A stretch of 64,000 nucleotides of DNA. It comes from Octopus bimaculoides. Lineage: Eukaryota. This document shows, piece after piece, positions 13,386 through 26,710 of the stretch (positions within the stretch are counted from its first letter, which is position 1; every line of letters starts with the position of its first letter). The stretch covers positions 20,885,561-20,949,560 of the forward strand of contig NC_068999.1 in NCBI RefSeq assembly GCF_001194135.2, given 5' to 3'. Made by a program: the position numbers and the translations under genes. The notes beneath the pieces were generated by a model. That model had not been told where the DNA came from. It saw only the letters and a program-made list of their open reading frames with translations, and searched no databases.

Positions 13386-14232
13386 ACACGCACATATATA
13401 TATGTATATATTTAGATATATACATATATATGTATATATGACCCATTTTGTATTATATATATATNNNNNNNNNNNNNNNNNNNNNNNNNNNNNNNNNNNN
13501 NNNNNNNNNNNNNNNNNNNNNNNNNNNNNNNNNNNNNNNNNNNNNNNNNNNNNNNNNNNNNNNNNNNNNNNNNNNNNNNNNNNNNNNNNNNNNNNNNNNN
13601 NNNNNNNNNNNNNNNNNNNNNNNNNNNNNNNNNNNNNNNNNNNNNNNNNNNNNNNNNNNNNNNNNNNNNNNNNNNNNNNNNNNNNNNNNNNNNNNNNNNN
13701 NNNNNNNNNNNNNNNNNNNNNNNNNNNNNNNNNNNNNNNNNNNNNNNNNNNNNNNNNNNNNNNNNNNNNNNNNNNNNNNNNNNNNNNNNNNNNNNNNNNN
13801 NNNNNNNNNNNNNNNNNNNNNNNNNNNNNNNNNNNNNNNNNNNNNNNNNNNNNNNNNNNNNNNNNNNNNNNNNNNNNNNNNNNNNNNNNNNNNNNNNNNN
13901 NNNNNNNNNNNNNNNNNNNNNNNNNNNNNNNNNNNNNNNNNNNNNNNNNNNNNNNNNNNNNNNNNNNNNNNNNNNNNNNNNNNNNNNNNNNNNNNNNNNN
14001 NNNNNNNNNNNNNNNNNNNNNNNNNNNNNNNNNNNNNNNNNNNNNNNNNNNNNNNNNNNNNNNNNNNNNNNNNNNNNNNNNNNNNNNNNNNNNNNNNNNN
14101 NNNNNNNNNNNNNNNNNNNNNNNNNNNNNNNNNNNNNNNNNNNNNNNNNNNNNNNNNNNNNNNNNNNNNNNNNNNNNNNNNNNNNNNNNNNNNNNNNNNN
14201 NNNNNNNNNNNNNNNNNNNNNNNNNNNNNNNN

Positions 14233-14278
<46 letters not shown>

Positions 14279-14539
14279 TACGTACAATTTGGTCTCTTAT
14301 ATGTAAGTATATATTTATCTAAATCTTGTACGACTCTATTCTTTCTCTATATAATCCCTTTCACGCTTATTTGTTCATTCCACTCTTCATTCTTTCGTTC
14401 CCCCTCTCTCACATTTCCCTGCCTTCTCTTCTTGCTCACTTTCCCTCCTCTTTTCAACTCACTGTGTCCCTGTCATTTTTTCTCTACCCCCTTAAATTCT
14501 TCTGTCCCTCTGTTTCTACCTTTCTCTCTTCTCTGCCCA

Positions 14540-15007
14540 CGTGACCGGTGTTCGGCCAACCCTGATCTTTCTTTCTTGGTTCGGCCGTCGTCCGTGCGAC
14601 ATCTATATACCTCCTTGTGCCTGTGAAATCTTGTAGCCTGCATCTTATTTCGACACATTCCAGCTTAATTTAATTCGTCCTTAGTCGAAAGACACCTATT
14701 GTTATGTCCTGTTATTTGTATTTGTGTAACATTCTCCGTTTTTTCCGTCCTTATTTTCCTATACATTCGCTGCTCTATACCAAGGAATCTAATGCTCTTA
14801 GTTTAGTTTTTCCTTGGGGCTGGCCAGATAAGAGCAAAATACTGAGTATAACCAGCCGAAATTGGAAAGATAATCTGGAACTCGAAAGAGGAAAGAAAAC
14901 TCCGAATGACTCGTTCTTGTTTTCTTTGTATCGTGTACCTGGATGTTTTGTTGTCGCATTTTTCTATCACCTAATTGTCTGGTCGTTTTGCGTTCTTCTC
15001 CCATTTT
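14540..15007. repeat. Interspersed non-coding repeat, probably PLE-terminal or non-autonomous, lying between microsatellites
   Basis: A complex non-coding segment bounded by (GA)n/CT-rich DNA and (TA)n. It resembles an octopus repeat I recall, but the family is not verified. Confidence 0.45.
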
Positions 15008-15010
15008 ATA

Positions 15011-15090
<80 letters not shown>

Positions 15091-15091
<1 letters not shown>

Positions 15092-15232
15092 GACAGTCTT
15101 CTTTCAGTTTCTGTCCACCAAATCCACTAACAAGGTTTTGGTCGGCCTTAGGCTATAGTAGAAGATACTTGAACAAGGTGCAACGCAGTTGGACTGACCC
15201 AGGAACTATGTGGTTGGTAAGCTAGCTACTTT
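15091..15232 (-). mobile_element. 5' half (tRNA head plus CORE-like region) of the bipartite SINE
   Basis: gtcggccttaggctatagtagaagatacttgaacaaggtgcaacgcagttggactgacccaggaactatgtggttggtaagc matches 40426-40515. Confidence 0.85.
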
Positions 15233-15429
15233 ATTTCATTATATCGGCTATGAAAGCCGTACACAGATTGAGTAGCTGTGGGCTGGACAAAGACATTAAT
15301 GAGATGAGATCAAGGATGAACAGGATGATATCAATGAGAGAAGGCAGAAGACGCCCGCTGGTCTCTGCTTCTCTAAAACATTGTTCTTTTATAAAACAAT
15401 TTCTTATTGGACTCAGGGTACTTAAAACA

Positions 15430-16400
15430 AGGCACTAACCATCTTATTACAAATATATGCGACAACAACCCTCTTACAACTGTTCATTGATATAAAAAGG
15501 AGGCATTACGCCTCTTAATTTGTTTAAACAGAATAAGGTTTCAAGCCCCTGATGCTTTTCAAACTCTTATCCATATTGCTCCCCAGTATCGCTTGTGACC
15601 ACATCTTCCGCCATCTTCCGCCATCGTCCGCCATCGCCCACGTCTCCTTTAAGCACAAACCGGGTGACGTGTTGGTGTCGCCCGGCTACAAGCGGTATTC
15701 CTCATTAAGCCCCTCCAGCCTACGCAACACGGACAACGTTATGACCTCAACAGCTATGTGCGGAGGCCATTCAGGGTCACATGTACAGGTCAAGGTTTCT
15801 CCCTTCTAGTGCTTTTCCAACACCCCCTCCATCTCTCTGCCTCTGTAGAAAAAGATCAACAATTCTTCGTCCTCCGGGGTTGAGGTAGCCATTTCCCACC
15901 GACGGGCCTTCCTCCGTCGGTGGCACAATTCCTACCGATTGACCTTTGGGACATGCAGACGGTATATCATCGTCCACCTGCAATGACCCGTTCTTCTTTT
16001 TATTTTCCTTTTCTTTCTGATTTTGAGAGAGTGGAGCTCGTACGCTTTGTTCAGAGTCTCTCCCCCCACCTCACGAAGCCCTAGGGTCCTTCGGCGGGTA
16101 ACTATTGTTGCCCTCTTTCTTCCTTTGTAATCCTTTTTGGGTTGAGGAGGCTGAAGCAGTTTTCTTATGTGACCTGGCTCCAGGCACGAGTCACACTTGG
16201 GGGGGGGGTCGCTCAAGTAACCCTGGAAACCTGCAGCCAGCCAGTTTTAAAAAATCTGGAAAAACAAGATCTGTTGCGGCCAATGGGTCAACAGGGTCAA
16301 AGTCGCTTTTGATCGTACCCAATCGACCGCCAGCGACACCCTTACATTTAAGAGCCTGGGAACTTTTTGCGAACGGTGTGAAAAAAGGGCGAACAAATCT
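15430..16400 (-). mobile_element. Degenerate Tx1/L1-like ORF1 (gag-like zinc knuckle) fragment
   Basis: The minus strand encodes DLVFPDFLKLAGCRF..PPKCDSCLEPGHIRK, with a frameshifted final C, i.e. a CX2CX4HX4C knuckle followed by a basic region. The segment is GC-richer than its flanks. Confidence 0.6.
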
Positions 16401-17008
16401 AAGAAAAGAGATATCAAATTCTAGAGAAGGTTATGCTATTTTTCTGTATGTATTATATTCTCAATTAATCTATCCTCAAATATTAACAACTGCTCAAGTC
16501 ACCACACATTGCTATGTTGGTAAATCCCATAGAAAGTTTTTCATTAACTTAATCTGCCTTATCTAATTATGAAGCGTGTCGGTATTATATTATATATCAT
16601 CATGTTGTAGTGACCAAATGTTCTTTCACTCGGTAGTTCTCAGATGAATCAAATATTATCCTCCTTTTAGTGTTTTTTATTTAATGAACGCACAACACAA
16701 AAATTATTTTGTCTATCATCGACTATTCATTTACTGCATCATGTAATTACAAGCACAACGAGCCTTCTTAGTAATAAATGCATGTAATAGATGCATGTAA
16801 CGATACATCATTATTCATACAGATCCCGATGGGGCACAATTTTGGTTCTAGGAATGCAATCTTAACTGGATCTATGAACTATTGTTTTGAAATACAATTG
16901 GCTACGAATGTATGCCTTTATATAACCAGACTCCTAATTTCCCATCTATCCTGATATAATGAAGTTCCTCAGAAATATTCACATGACCACCTTACCGAAT
17001 ACCATCAA

Positions 17009-17050
<42 letters not shown>

Positions 17051-17634
17051 ACAGCCATAATTGAGTGGATGATCAGATGTTTCCATACCCAGACATAATG
17101 CGGAAAGGCTGTACGCAGCAGCTCCTTCCCGAAGGAAGCTATAAAGACTGATATTTTTAAAAATCACTTTCTTCGAAACTGTTCAGTTTTGCACAGACTA
17201 TTCATTCCATGAGTCTTAACTATTTTACCGCACCTTATTATTTTCCTGGCAAAGTAATGGTGCAATCTGGGTTGCATTTAGATGCATATTGCGTTAATGC
17301 CACTTCAGAATTAGAAGCAGTATTTCTATTATCAGCTGCATTTCTCATTTATATAGTTAACTATATATCGCTGACACTCGGAAGATGCATGTCCATACAT
17401 TTAGTTTCGATACATATTTATCTATTTATCAATTTTAGCCAAAAGATCAGGCAGTATATATATGCACATTGATACCACCATCTCCTTTACATTTCTACAC
17501 TATGCAATTTAATATACATCATGTTTTATATTTACATGAGTTTATAAACTATCCTACCGAATTAACTCATATCTCAAAATGCCCTCCTATTTACTTACGC
17601 ATTTGTTCTATATTTTTAGTCTTTTTTTTTCCTT

Positions 17635-17800
17635 CCCTAAGCCATTTGACTGCTGCCACGCTGGGGCACCGCATCGAAAGTTTTAAGACTTACTTTGTTA
17701 ATCTTAGTACTCATCCTCTTTTTCCGAAACACTAGATTACGGGAGCGTAAACAACCTGACACCGGTTGTGAAACGGTTGTGTCGGGACAAACATAGATAC
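17635..17800 (-). mobile_element. 3' half of the bipartite SINE
   Basis: catttgactgctgccacgctggggcaccgc...ttttccgaaacactagattacgggagcgtaaac. Confidence 0.75.
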
Positions 17801-17869
17801 AAAGATAAATAGATATATAGATATATACATAGACACATATATACACATACATACACACAAACACACACT

Positions 17870-17930
<61 letters not shown>

Positions 17931-18689
17931 ATATATAGAATAAGAGGGGCTTATTTCAATGGTGATCTAAACGAATATGTACGCTACGTAAGTGCTATAA
18001 TTGGTCATCTGTTGGTTTCCAAGCCCACTGTTGAGGTTGGAGCTGGGGATCCATAGTCGGCGTCCGAGTCAACAGATGTATATTAAAGGAAGAGGAAAAC
18101 AAAACGAAGGCAAGACGAGTATCTCAGGTCATTTAGGATATTTAATTAGCGTAAGGTGAATCAAAAATGGAGAATTAATTAATGCCTTACAGCTTTTTCT
18201 GAGTTATCCCAGGTAATGGGTCAACACCTCCATGCACTAGATATTCCGTCATCAAAGACAAGGTGTGTATGCAGGGAAATTCCAAACAGAGAATTCACAG
18301 TATATAAAAGAATAAAACAGTAGATAGAAGAGTAAAGACAGAAAAATAAAGTCCCCATGCCCCTTACTCACCCGTATAACACCCGCCCGAGACTCAAACT
18401 GATAAACAATGCTGAGTCCCGGGGTTTTTCTCGAACAGAAAATATAGATTACACTTCCTTTATTTTGCCTGATACTCATCGTATCCACCTCTTTTACCGA
18501 AATACTAGATTACGGGAGCGTAAACGACCCGTCATTGGTTGTGAATTGATGGTCAGGGGACAAACACAGACACAAATACACAGATACATAGATATATACA
18601 TACACACACGCATACATACACAGATACACACACACATATATAATAAAAGTCGGGGAGGCTCGATTTTATGTTTTACACACTATTCGCTT

Positions 18690-19030
18690 TAAACGTTAAA
18701 TGTTCAACGAAAGCCTTTTTTTTACAATTGTAGATTCTAACTTCCCAGGTCACCATAAATACCATTCGATCTTCAATAGATCTACTCTGAAATTATCCTA
18801 CTCTTCTCAGTCCAGTATAGAATTTATTGTTGCCTTTTCTAATAGACGTAAACTTAATTCATACTACCTAAATAACACCTATAGGCAGAACTGTCAAATT
18901 ATGTATAATCTTAACATAGGTCCATGCAGCGACAATACTAGCACCAACCATGATAGCAAATACTACACGGCTACCAGTACTACTATAAATAGCATACGGA
19001 AATCCTCACTTCCGATGCTGGTCGAGGAAC
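18690..19030 (+). mobile_element. Penelope-like element, RT C-terminal fragment
   Basis: ORF 18700..19041 reads FFTIVDSNFPGHHKYHSIFNRSTLKLSYS, matching the PLE motif FL.L.D.HFP..H.Y..IFNR.T.K.SYS. Confidence 0.75.
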
Positions 19031-19234
19031 GGCTGATATAAATGTTACTACTACTACTACTACTACTACTAATACTAATACTACTACTACTACTACTAAT
19101 ACTAATACTAATACTGCTGCTGCTGCTGCTAATAATAATAATAGCAAAAGCAACAACAATAAAGATAATAATAGTAACTATGGCAATGATAATAATACCA
19201 GTAATAAGGATAAAAATGATGATGAGGAGGAGGA
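19022..19234. repeat. Compound trinucleotide microsatellite (CTA/CTG/AAT/GAT)
   Basis: Direct reading; it explains the poly-Leu/Ile start of ORF 19042..20127. Confidence 0.93.
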
Positions 19235-19740
19235 NNNNNNNNNNNNNNNNNNNNNNNNNNNNNNNNNNNNNNNNNNNNNNNNNNNNNNNNNNNNNNNNNN
19301 NNNNNNNNNNNNNNNNNNNNNNNNNNNNNNNNNNNNNNNNNNNNNNNNNNNNNNNNNNNNNNNNNNNNNNNNNNNNNNNNNNNNNNNNNNNNNNNNNNNN
19401 NNNNNNNNNNNNNNNNNNNNNNNNNNNNNNNNNNNNNNNNNNNNNNNNNNNNNNNNNNNNNNNNNNNNNNNNNNNNNNNNNNNNNNNNNNNNNNNNNNNN
19501 NNNNNNNNNNNNNNNNNNNNNNNNNNNNNNNNNNNNNNNNNNNNNNNNNNNNNNNNNNNNNNNNNNNNNNNNNNNNNNNNNNNNNNNNNNNNNNNNNNNN
19601 NNNNNNNNNNNNNNNNNNNNNNNNNNNNNNNNNNNNNNNNNNNNNNNNNNNNNNNNNNNNNNNNNNNNNNNNNNNNNNNNNNNNNNNNNNNNNNNNNNNN
19701 NNNNNNNNNNNNNNNNNNNNNNNNNNNNNNNNNNNNNNNN

Positions 19741-21070
19741 CTGCTTATAATACAAAGAAGCAAAGTAGTGTCTTCTGGTGAGGTAGAGCGACCCAAAGGC
19801 GAGAAAATGAAAGATATTGAAGCTAATGAATATAAACATTTGGGGATTTTAGAATACGACAATGTCAAGGAAAGTGAAATGAAAAGAAGCTTTTGGAGAG
19901 AGAATACCTCAGAAGAACCAAGGTTAATTATAGAAATTAGACTCAATGGAAAAAACAAAATCATGACAATGAACACATGGGCTGTTTCCTTAATGAGATA
20001 CGGCGCAGGTGTTGTTAGGTGGACAAAGAACGAGCTTGAGGAAATGGACAGGAAAACTATAAAAGTGATGATAATTATCAAGGAATTCACCCCAAAAGCA
20101 ATATTGGCTGATTATTTATGTGCCTGAAAACAGGGATGGAAGAGGCCTCATAAGGTGCAAGATCTGTGTTGTCAACGAGAAGAACAGTTTGGGATGGTAT
20201 ATCAAATAGCAGAGTGAATCCTTGCTAGCCGTTGTTAGAATTAACAACGTAATATCTACCAAAAATGCAATGCACCCACCCATTTAAGAAACAAGATGAA
20301 AAGGAAAGAGTAAACATCTGGAAAATGAAACCACTACATGGGCAATACCTCAGAGAAATCGAAGGAAAAGACAAGATCAACACTTGGAAATGACTAAGAA
20401 AAATTATCTGAAAGGATGCACTGGGGCATTGATATGCAGCGCCCAGGAACAAGCTCTGAGAACTAATTACACCAAGTTCCAAATAGATGCGAGTAGCGAA
20501 TCGACCCTTTGTGGGATTGTGTATGGCAGCAGAAACGAATCAATCTCAGATATTGTGAGTGGGTGCAGCAAGCTGGCCGAAATGCACTACAAAATGAGGC
20601 ACGGTAACGTGGCTAAGTTCGTCCACTGGAAGCTATGTAAAAAGTACAGCCTGAACAGAGCATGGAAATGGTACGAATATGAACCAGACGTTGTCACCGA
20701 GAACAAGGAATATAAGAGACTGTGGGGTTTTACAATTCAATGTGAAACCCTAATCGAAGCTCGGAGACTAGATAATGTTGCGATACCTGGAGGTGCACGC
20801 ATAAGTGACAAAGAACCAGAAAAGATTGAAAAGTACAGACTACGAAAAGACGAAATTGCAAGAATGTGAACTATGAGGAGAGTGTCTGTCATCCCAGAAA
20901 TTGTAGGGGCATTCGGAGCTCTGCGAAACAAGTTCGAGAAATATCTCAAAGAAATCGGAATTGCCATGGGAGCAGAGCAAGCACAAAAGACTGTTCTGTT
21001 GGAGACAGCTAGGATTTTGAGACTAGTACTTGGATGTTGAATGTCTCCCACGATAATTAACAACCAAGTA
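19741..21070 (+). mobile_element. Degenerate R4/Dong-like non-LTR retrotransposon, 3' part (RT end, CCHC, RLE)
   Basis: Frames give YKHLGILEYDNVKESEMK, RLNGKNKIMTMNTWAVSLMRYGAGVVRWT..MDRKT, LICSAQEQALRTNY, ESISDIVSGCSKLA..YKMRHGNVAKFVHWKLC, LWGFTIQCETLIEARRLD and IPEIVGAFGAL..QKTVLLETARILRLVLGC*. There are multiple stops and frameshifts. Confidence 0.9.
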
Positions 21071-21079
21071 TAATGTTAT

Positions 21080-21660
21080 ATTGTGCGGAAAGAGACCAGA
21101 AAAAACAAAATCGAACTTTCTGAGAAGTAAAACTGTAATACAGATAATATGAGTCAACCCCCGAACATTACCCTAGGGTTTAACTTGCCTATATATATGA
21201 AGGCATCATTCCTAACAACAGCTAACCTACGTAGGAAAGATAGATCCAGCTGCAACTACCGGTCTGGGGCCGAACGCCCGCTACAAGCCCATTCCATATT
21301 TAATGCTGTGTATAAATGCACTGTCTACAAAACACTGTACAATTCAACTAGCCATTACCTCTAGCTACAATTAATTTTAAGCAGAGATATTCCGCACATC
21401 TGAATTCATTTAGATATGAGGAGCATAGCAAATTTACGCCGTTAACCAACCACATACACCATCTGATAAGTAAGAAAATGCCATATAAGATAACCTGTGT
21501 TATAATAGATTCTGGTGTCCCATACCGATGCCAGCACTCTGCATGTGGATTCTGCTTTAAGGAAGCCCTCCAGATATTAATTCATGATTCACTCCAATTA
21601 CATAATAGACAGCGCGATGCATTCTTCTTGCAAACATAAGTTCTATCATACATTTAGGTT
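21080..21660 (+). mobile_element. Penelope-like element, GIY-YIG endonuclease region
   Basis: Frames give SCNYRSGAERPLQ..NAVYKCTV and NFKQRYSAHLNSFRYEEHSKFTPLTNHIHHL..YKIT..VPYRC..SACGFCFKEALQIL, matching the PLE endonuclease pattern. Confidence 0.8.
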
Positions 21661-23351
21661 CTTCCACAGGTCCAAATACAAGTAAAATCAACACGCATGA
21701 CACTTGCCTCTCTACATTCACAGTTGTAGCAATATATACACGTATTTCTTTCATCTGTCAATACTTATTATCACATCATCACTATCTTCGAAGTCCGCTA
21801 GCTGCAATAGTCATTTTAATTGTTATTTTCTCATTGTTAATTTTTATTTCTAACTTTTAATTTTAGATATATTCCCTTAAGTTAGGCATCTATTTCTAGC
21901 ATTTTAGGTCGCTTCTGCCGACCGCTGAATTAAAGTTGAATATTCTTCCTGACCAAGCTGAACCTAAAGTTCATCTTTCTATTTAATTACCTTTTAATAG
22001 CCACAAATTCCTTCCTCCTCCAATTCACCAAAACCTTGACCACTGACCTCTCATCCCGAACCTATTCTGACCAAGAATAATACCGGCCTCTTACCTTTTA
22101 TTTTTATTTTTATTTTTATTTTACTTTCGCTCTCATGCTTTTTATGTCCCTTACTTACTCTCTTCCTTTCATTTCTCGCTTCTCTTCACTTACTTCTACT
22201 TCTCCGGACAATGTGTATGGGAAGCAAGTTTCTTATCACACAACCATACTTATACAGGTAATATCTAAGATTTCAGCTCAGTATAAACGAGTTTTACAAT
22301 TATTCTAATATTTTTGTATTAAGTGTTTTAATTATAATTCTCGTTGTGTGTTTTGTAGTAGTGGGTCTATTATCTCTCCACTATTAGATTCTTTAGATTT
22401 TCCTATATAAAATACATTTCTTCATTTAAGCTAGTTGCTGTAAATCAAGATTGTTTATTCTTTAGAATTTGAAATACTCCAGAGTTTTAAGGTGGTAATT
22501 CCAGTGTACTAGTAATTCCAGTGTTCTCATTAGCAGCCAAAAAAAAAGCCATACAGAACTTATAATTTTGCTTTATACGCAGATATATCAGATTGCAGTG
22601 TTAATCTATTAGTTGTCACAAATGGTGTACTTATGGAAAAGTAATATATGTAATCTCCTAAATCTTTCTTTGTAGCGACATAAGTCTATACAATTATAGT
22701 AGAAACTGAACTTCAGCACACACACACACACACACACACACTCACAACTACACAAATACACATATACGCACATAGTATACTTATTTAGAAAGTTAATCTT
22801 TTCACATAATTTTATCTGACACATTGACTTCTTTAGAATAGAAATATTACGAAACTCAGTAATTTACTAAGCTCCCCTGAACTACGCTAGAGGATTGCGT
22901 TTCTTTTCGTGACTATGTAATGGCCCATATCCAATAAATGTTTTCATTACTTTGACTATTTACATTTCTTTTCTCCATAATCTTTCATTTCAACTCCCGT
23001 CCACTGTTTAAGCTATCACTTCATAATCATTTAGTTGACTACATCCAATAAAATGAAATTCCTTTCATCAAGTGTTTTCTGCTTTTTTTTTTTTTTCTAA
23101 CAAATTAAAACTCCACCACACACACCTTGTTTTTATGAGGTTTTACTCACTATATAAAAAGGAAACTGGAAGGCAAAAGTTTCTTTACTGGTTGAACAAA
23201 CCGGTGGGCGAAACTGGAAGTCCTAATTAATTTGATTTTCACAATAAATTTTACTCTACTCTCTTCATCATCTCACATTCCAGTCATTATTCTTAAACAT
23301 ACTTTAAAAATAACCTTATTTTAGCATTTATATTTAGCATTTATGTGTACT

Positions 23352-23412
<61 letters not shown>

Positions 23413-24959
23413 TGGTTATATATGTGTGTGCACGTTTGTGTGCAAGTTTGTGTGCACGTGTGTGTGCATGTATCTATGCGTAACTATAAGAGACATGGTT
23501 CCAGAGTTGGATAGATGTATGTGTACATGTAAGTTTAAATGTGTATGCGAAGGAAGCATGGCTTCTGTATGTACATATTAGTAGTGAGTGCATCTAACTG
23601 AAAACTAACATCAGTTTCACTGCCAGTAAGCACTAAAGGCTTTCTTAGAGTATTATATAATGGTTCAGGAATATAATTTCTAATGTGCAGACATGTACAA
23701 ATTCGTGACTATATAATTTATTAGTAGGTCTATTACAACTTAATGGAGTGTAACTCACAGCTGTAAATCAGCTGAATAATTTGTGAAGGCAGATCAGTAG
23801 TTTGCGTATCTATATTTCACGAGATTAGAGGAGTCACATAACATTCGCCATTAAAAAATTATCCCCGCTTAATCTGATACGCTTACGAACAATTTGTATG
23901 TAACATGTCAATTTATTGCTTTCACATAGCTAGAAAATTAATAATTCCTTTATTAATTTACTACTCCGTTATATGTATACTCTATAGTGATAGCTTAACC
24001 ATGTCAAGCAATTAATTTCATGCAATTATTTCATATTGTTCAGTCAATCTAGGACAGTCTAACTGTTGCTCTCCATCTCACTTGATACTCGAGTAGGTTT
24101 TATGTGAATATTATGAAGCATGCAAAAGGGCAGGATATAATTTCGCTCAGGCTTCACTGTCTGCTAAATATGGCATCACAGCAAAATCGTCTTCAGTAGA
24201 AGTGAGAAGTAATATGATTGGTGAATGGAGATTTTGCTGAATATCAGTTCAATATAGACACATATCTATAATAAATATGTATTTTTGCTTTCTTTGAGTG
24301 TCATAAGTAGCAAACAGCTCAGCAACCAGATTTGTATTGAAAACAATGCCATCCCGTTTTAAACACAATCCAACGTTTGCTCCTTCAAGAAATATTTTTC
24401 GGCTAAATCCTTTCTAAAAATACTTTTTCAGAAAATGGCCAAATGGCTATCACAATATTACAGACAAATGACTTTCAGAGGAAATGTTCTTGCCCGTACT
24501 CCTAACCTGTGCGTAGATAGGATCAGCAACAACAATCGACTAGTAGGTCTTTGATGTTGGGCAGTAGCTTCTCCTGTTGAAAATATCATACCAAGCAGAA
24601 ACAGTAACAACAGCAACTAGAAATTTTTTTTAAAATAGCAATGACAAAATAACACCAGCACTAGCATCAACATAAAATGTAACACTGGTAACAGTAGTAA
24701 CTAAACCACCACCAACAGCACAAGCAGCAGCAGCTGCTGCAGCGATAGCGGCCACAACAATGACGTCGGCAACAGTAGCTGCAAGTGTAACAGAAGCAAC
24801 AACAGCAGTTGTTTTCACTACCCCCACCAACAAAATAAACATGGACGGCTTCAACATAAACGAAGAAAACGGCAGGAATGAGGACAAATGCATAAAAAAA
24901 CATCCTTCACTCATGTCATCCCGAATAAAACGGTTGCATTATTATTTAAAACGTGTAAG

Positions 24960-25480
24960 AAATATAGCGTTCGCCTGGAATTGATGTCGATCCCAGATGA
25001 AGCTTTGTTCATCATTTTTTATAGGTCTCTCAATAGTACAGGCAGAAGAATAAATTTCTCACCTGCAAAAGAAATCGAGAAATGGCTGGAAGTGCCGTGA
25101 CCTTCCGTAATTCATAATCAGAGGAAAGTATCATGAATCGTGGTAGCTATCTGCAAAACAGAATAGGGAGTTTCTAATATGGATTTGATATCCATGTACA
25201 TCTGATGCTGTGCTGCGAATTTCTTATTCACCAACGTACCCATCTCGTTCAAAAAGGTCCCTGGATAAGGATTGTTTAAGGATATTGAACGAAACACCCA
25301 TGTTTCCAGAGGTGAATTATCCAAACCCCAAAGAATTCCTCTTAACACATGGCTATAATGCCACCCCACTACTTCTGCTCATGATCAGAGATGCACATAT
25401 CGTCAGGCACTAAGATCAAACAACTGACAAGCAAATCTGTGGTACTGACCATAATATTTGCGGTAACCCATGTTTTATAC
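24960..25480 (+). mobile_element. Possible highly decayed Penelope-like RT fragment
   Basis: FLFTNVPIS resembles PLE SLFTNVP; upstream AKEIEKWL and downstream TYRQ lie in the expected order. Similarity is weak and stops are frequent. Confidence 0.35.
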
Positions 25481-25587
25481 CAAGAGAAAACAAGGTACAT
25501 GTTAACACTTCCAATCAGTTAATATCAGAATCCACGAAAGCCACTGCTTGCTACAGCATCAGGGCATTTATTATTATTATTATTTTT

Positions 25588-25621
<34 letters not shown>

Positions 25622-25702
25622 ATATTATTATTATCATCATCATCATCTTCATCATAGCGATTTATTACTATTACCACTTTCATTGCAATCATCTTTGTTA
25701 TC

Positions 25703-25742
<40 letters not shown>

Positions 25743-26483
25743 CCATCATCATCATTTTTATCATTATTTTTGTTGAAAAGGCATTAGTAATTTTTCAATA
25801 TTTCCTAGAAGACGTAAAATAGGATTACACAAGTATGAAGAAAACAATCCTTATCTTCAAAAAATGGTTTTGATTTTCAAAGGAACTTCGAAGTATTTTC
25901 TGTTAGCTGTTTTTATCTTCACGATTAATCTCGGTGATAAATACTTTTCTCAGCAGAAAACCAATTCCTTAGTGGTAAGAACTGGAGGACTACAGTGATA
26001 TAAGAATGAAATTGTCGACGTGCTTTTCCAGTTCATCACGTTATGGAGATAGATAAATAAAAGAAAAATAAATGGAATTATATTTTAGAAGTCATTAAAA
26101 ACAGCTTTGGTATTTTTATGAATAGGTGTGTTCCATAATACGACTAATCCTAATGGATATTGGTTGGTGCCGATATATTCATATTCGAGTTTACTTTACC
26201 ATTCTAATAGAACAGGTTTTATTTCCTACGTAATCAAAAATATTCTTCACAACCATTTCATCTCCTGCAAAGAAATCCAGGAGAATAGATTACCCATGCT
26301 ATTAGAAGGAATATGAAAGAAGATATAAGTGTGTGCGTGTGTGTACGTGTGTATGTGTGTGTATGGCTATATATATGTACTTATATTTATATGTGTGCGT
26401 ATACATACATAAATATATAAATGTATATACACATACATAAAGATATATATATACATATATACATATATAACTATACATATACA

Positions 26484-26523
<40 letters not shown>

Positions 26524-26667
26524 GAGAGAGAGATTGATAGATACATACATACATACATACATACATACACATATATATATGTATGTATGTACACATAATA
26601 GTGATTGATAGATTCACTTTTATATATATGTATATGCACAGATATATGTAAAGTTATATATATATAT

Positions 26668-26710
<43 letters not shown>

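Noticed and set aside
18360-18440. Consensus minus-strand donor CGG|GTGAGT with a GC-box
   Set aside because: It appears to be part of an interspersed repeat beside a SINE; the 27-nt exon is unsupported.
24600-24984. Mucin-like Thr/Ala-rich ORF (MTSATVAASVTEATT...)
   Set aside because: It lies in a degenerate CAG/CAA/ACA low-complexity tract with no splice structure or recognisable domain.
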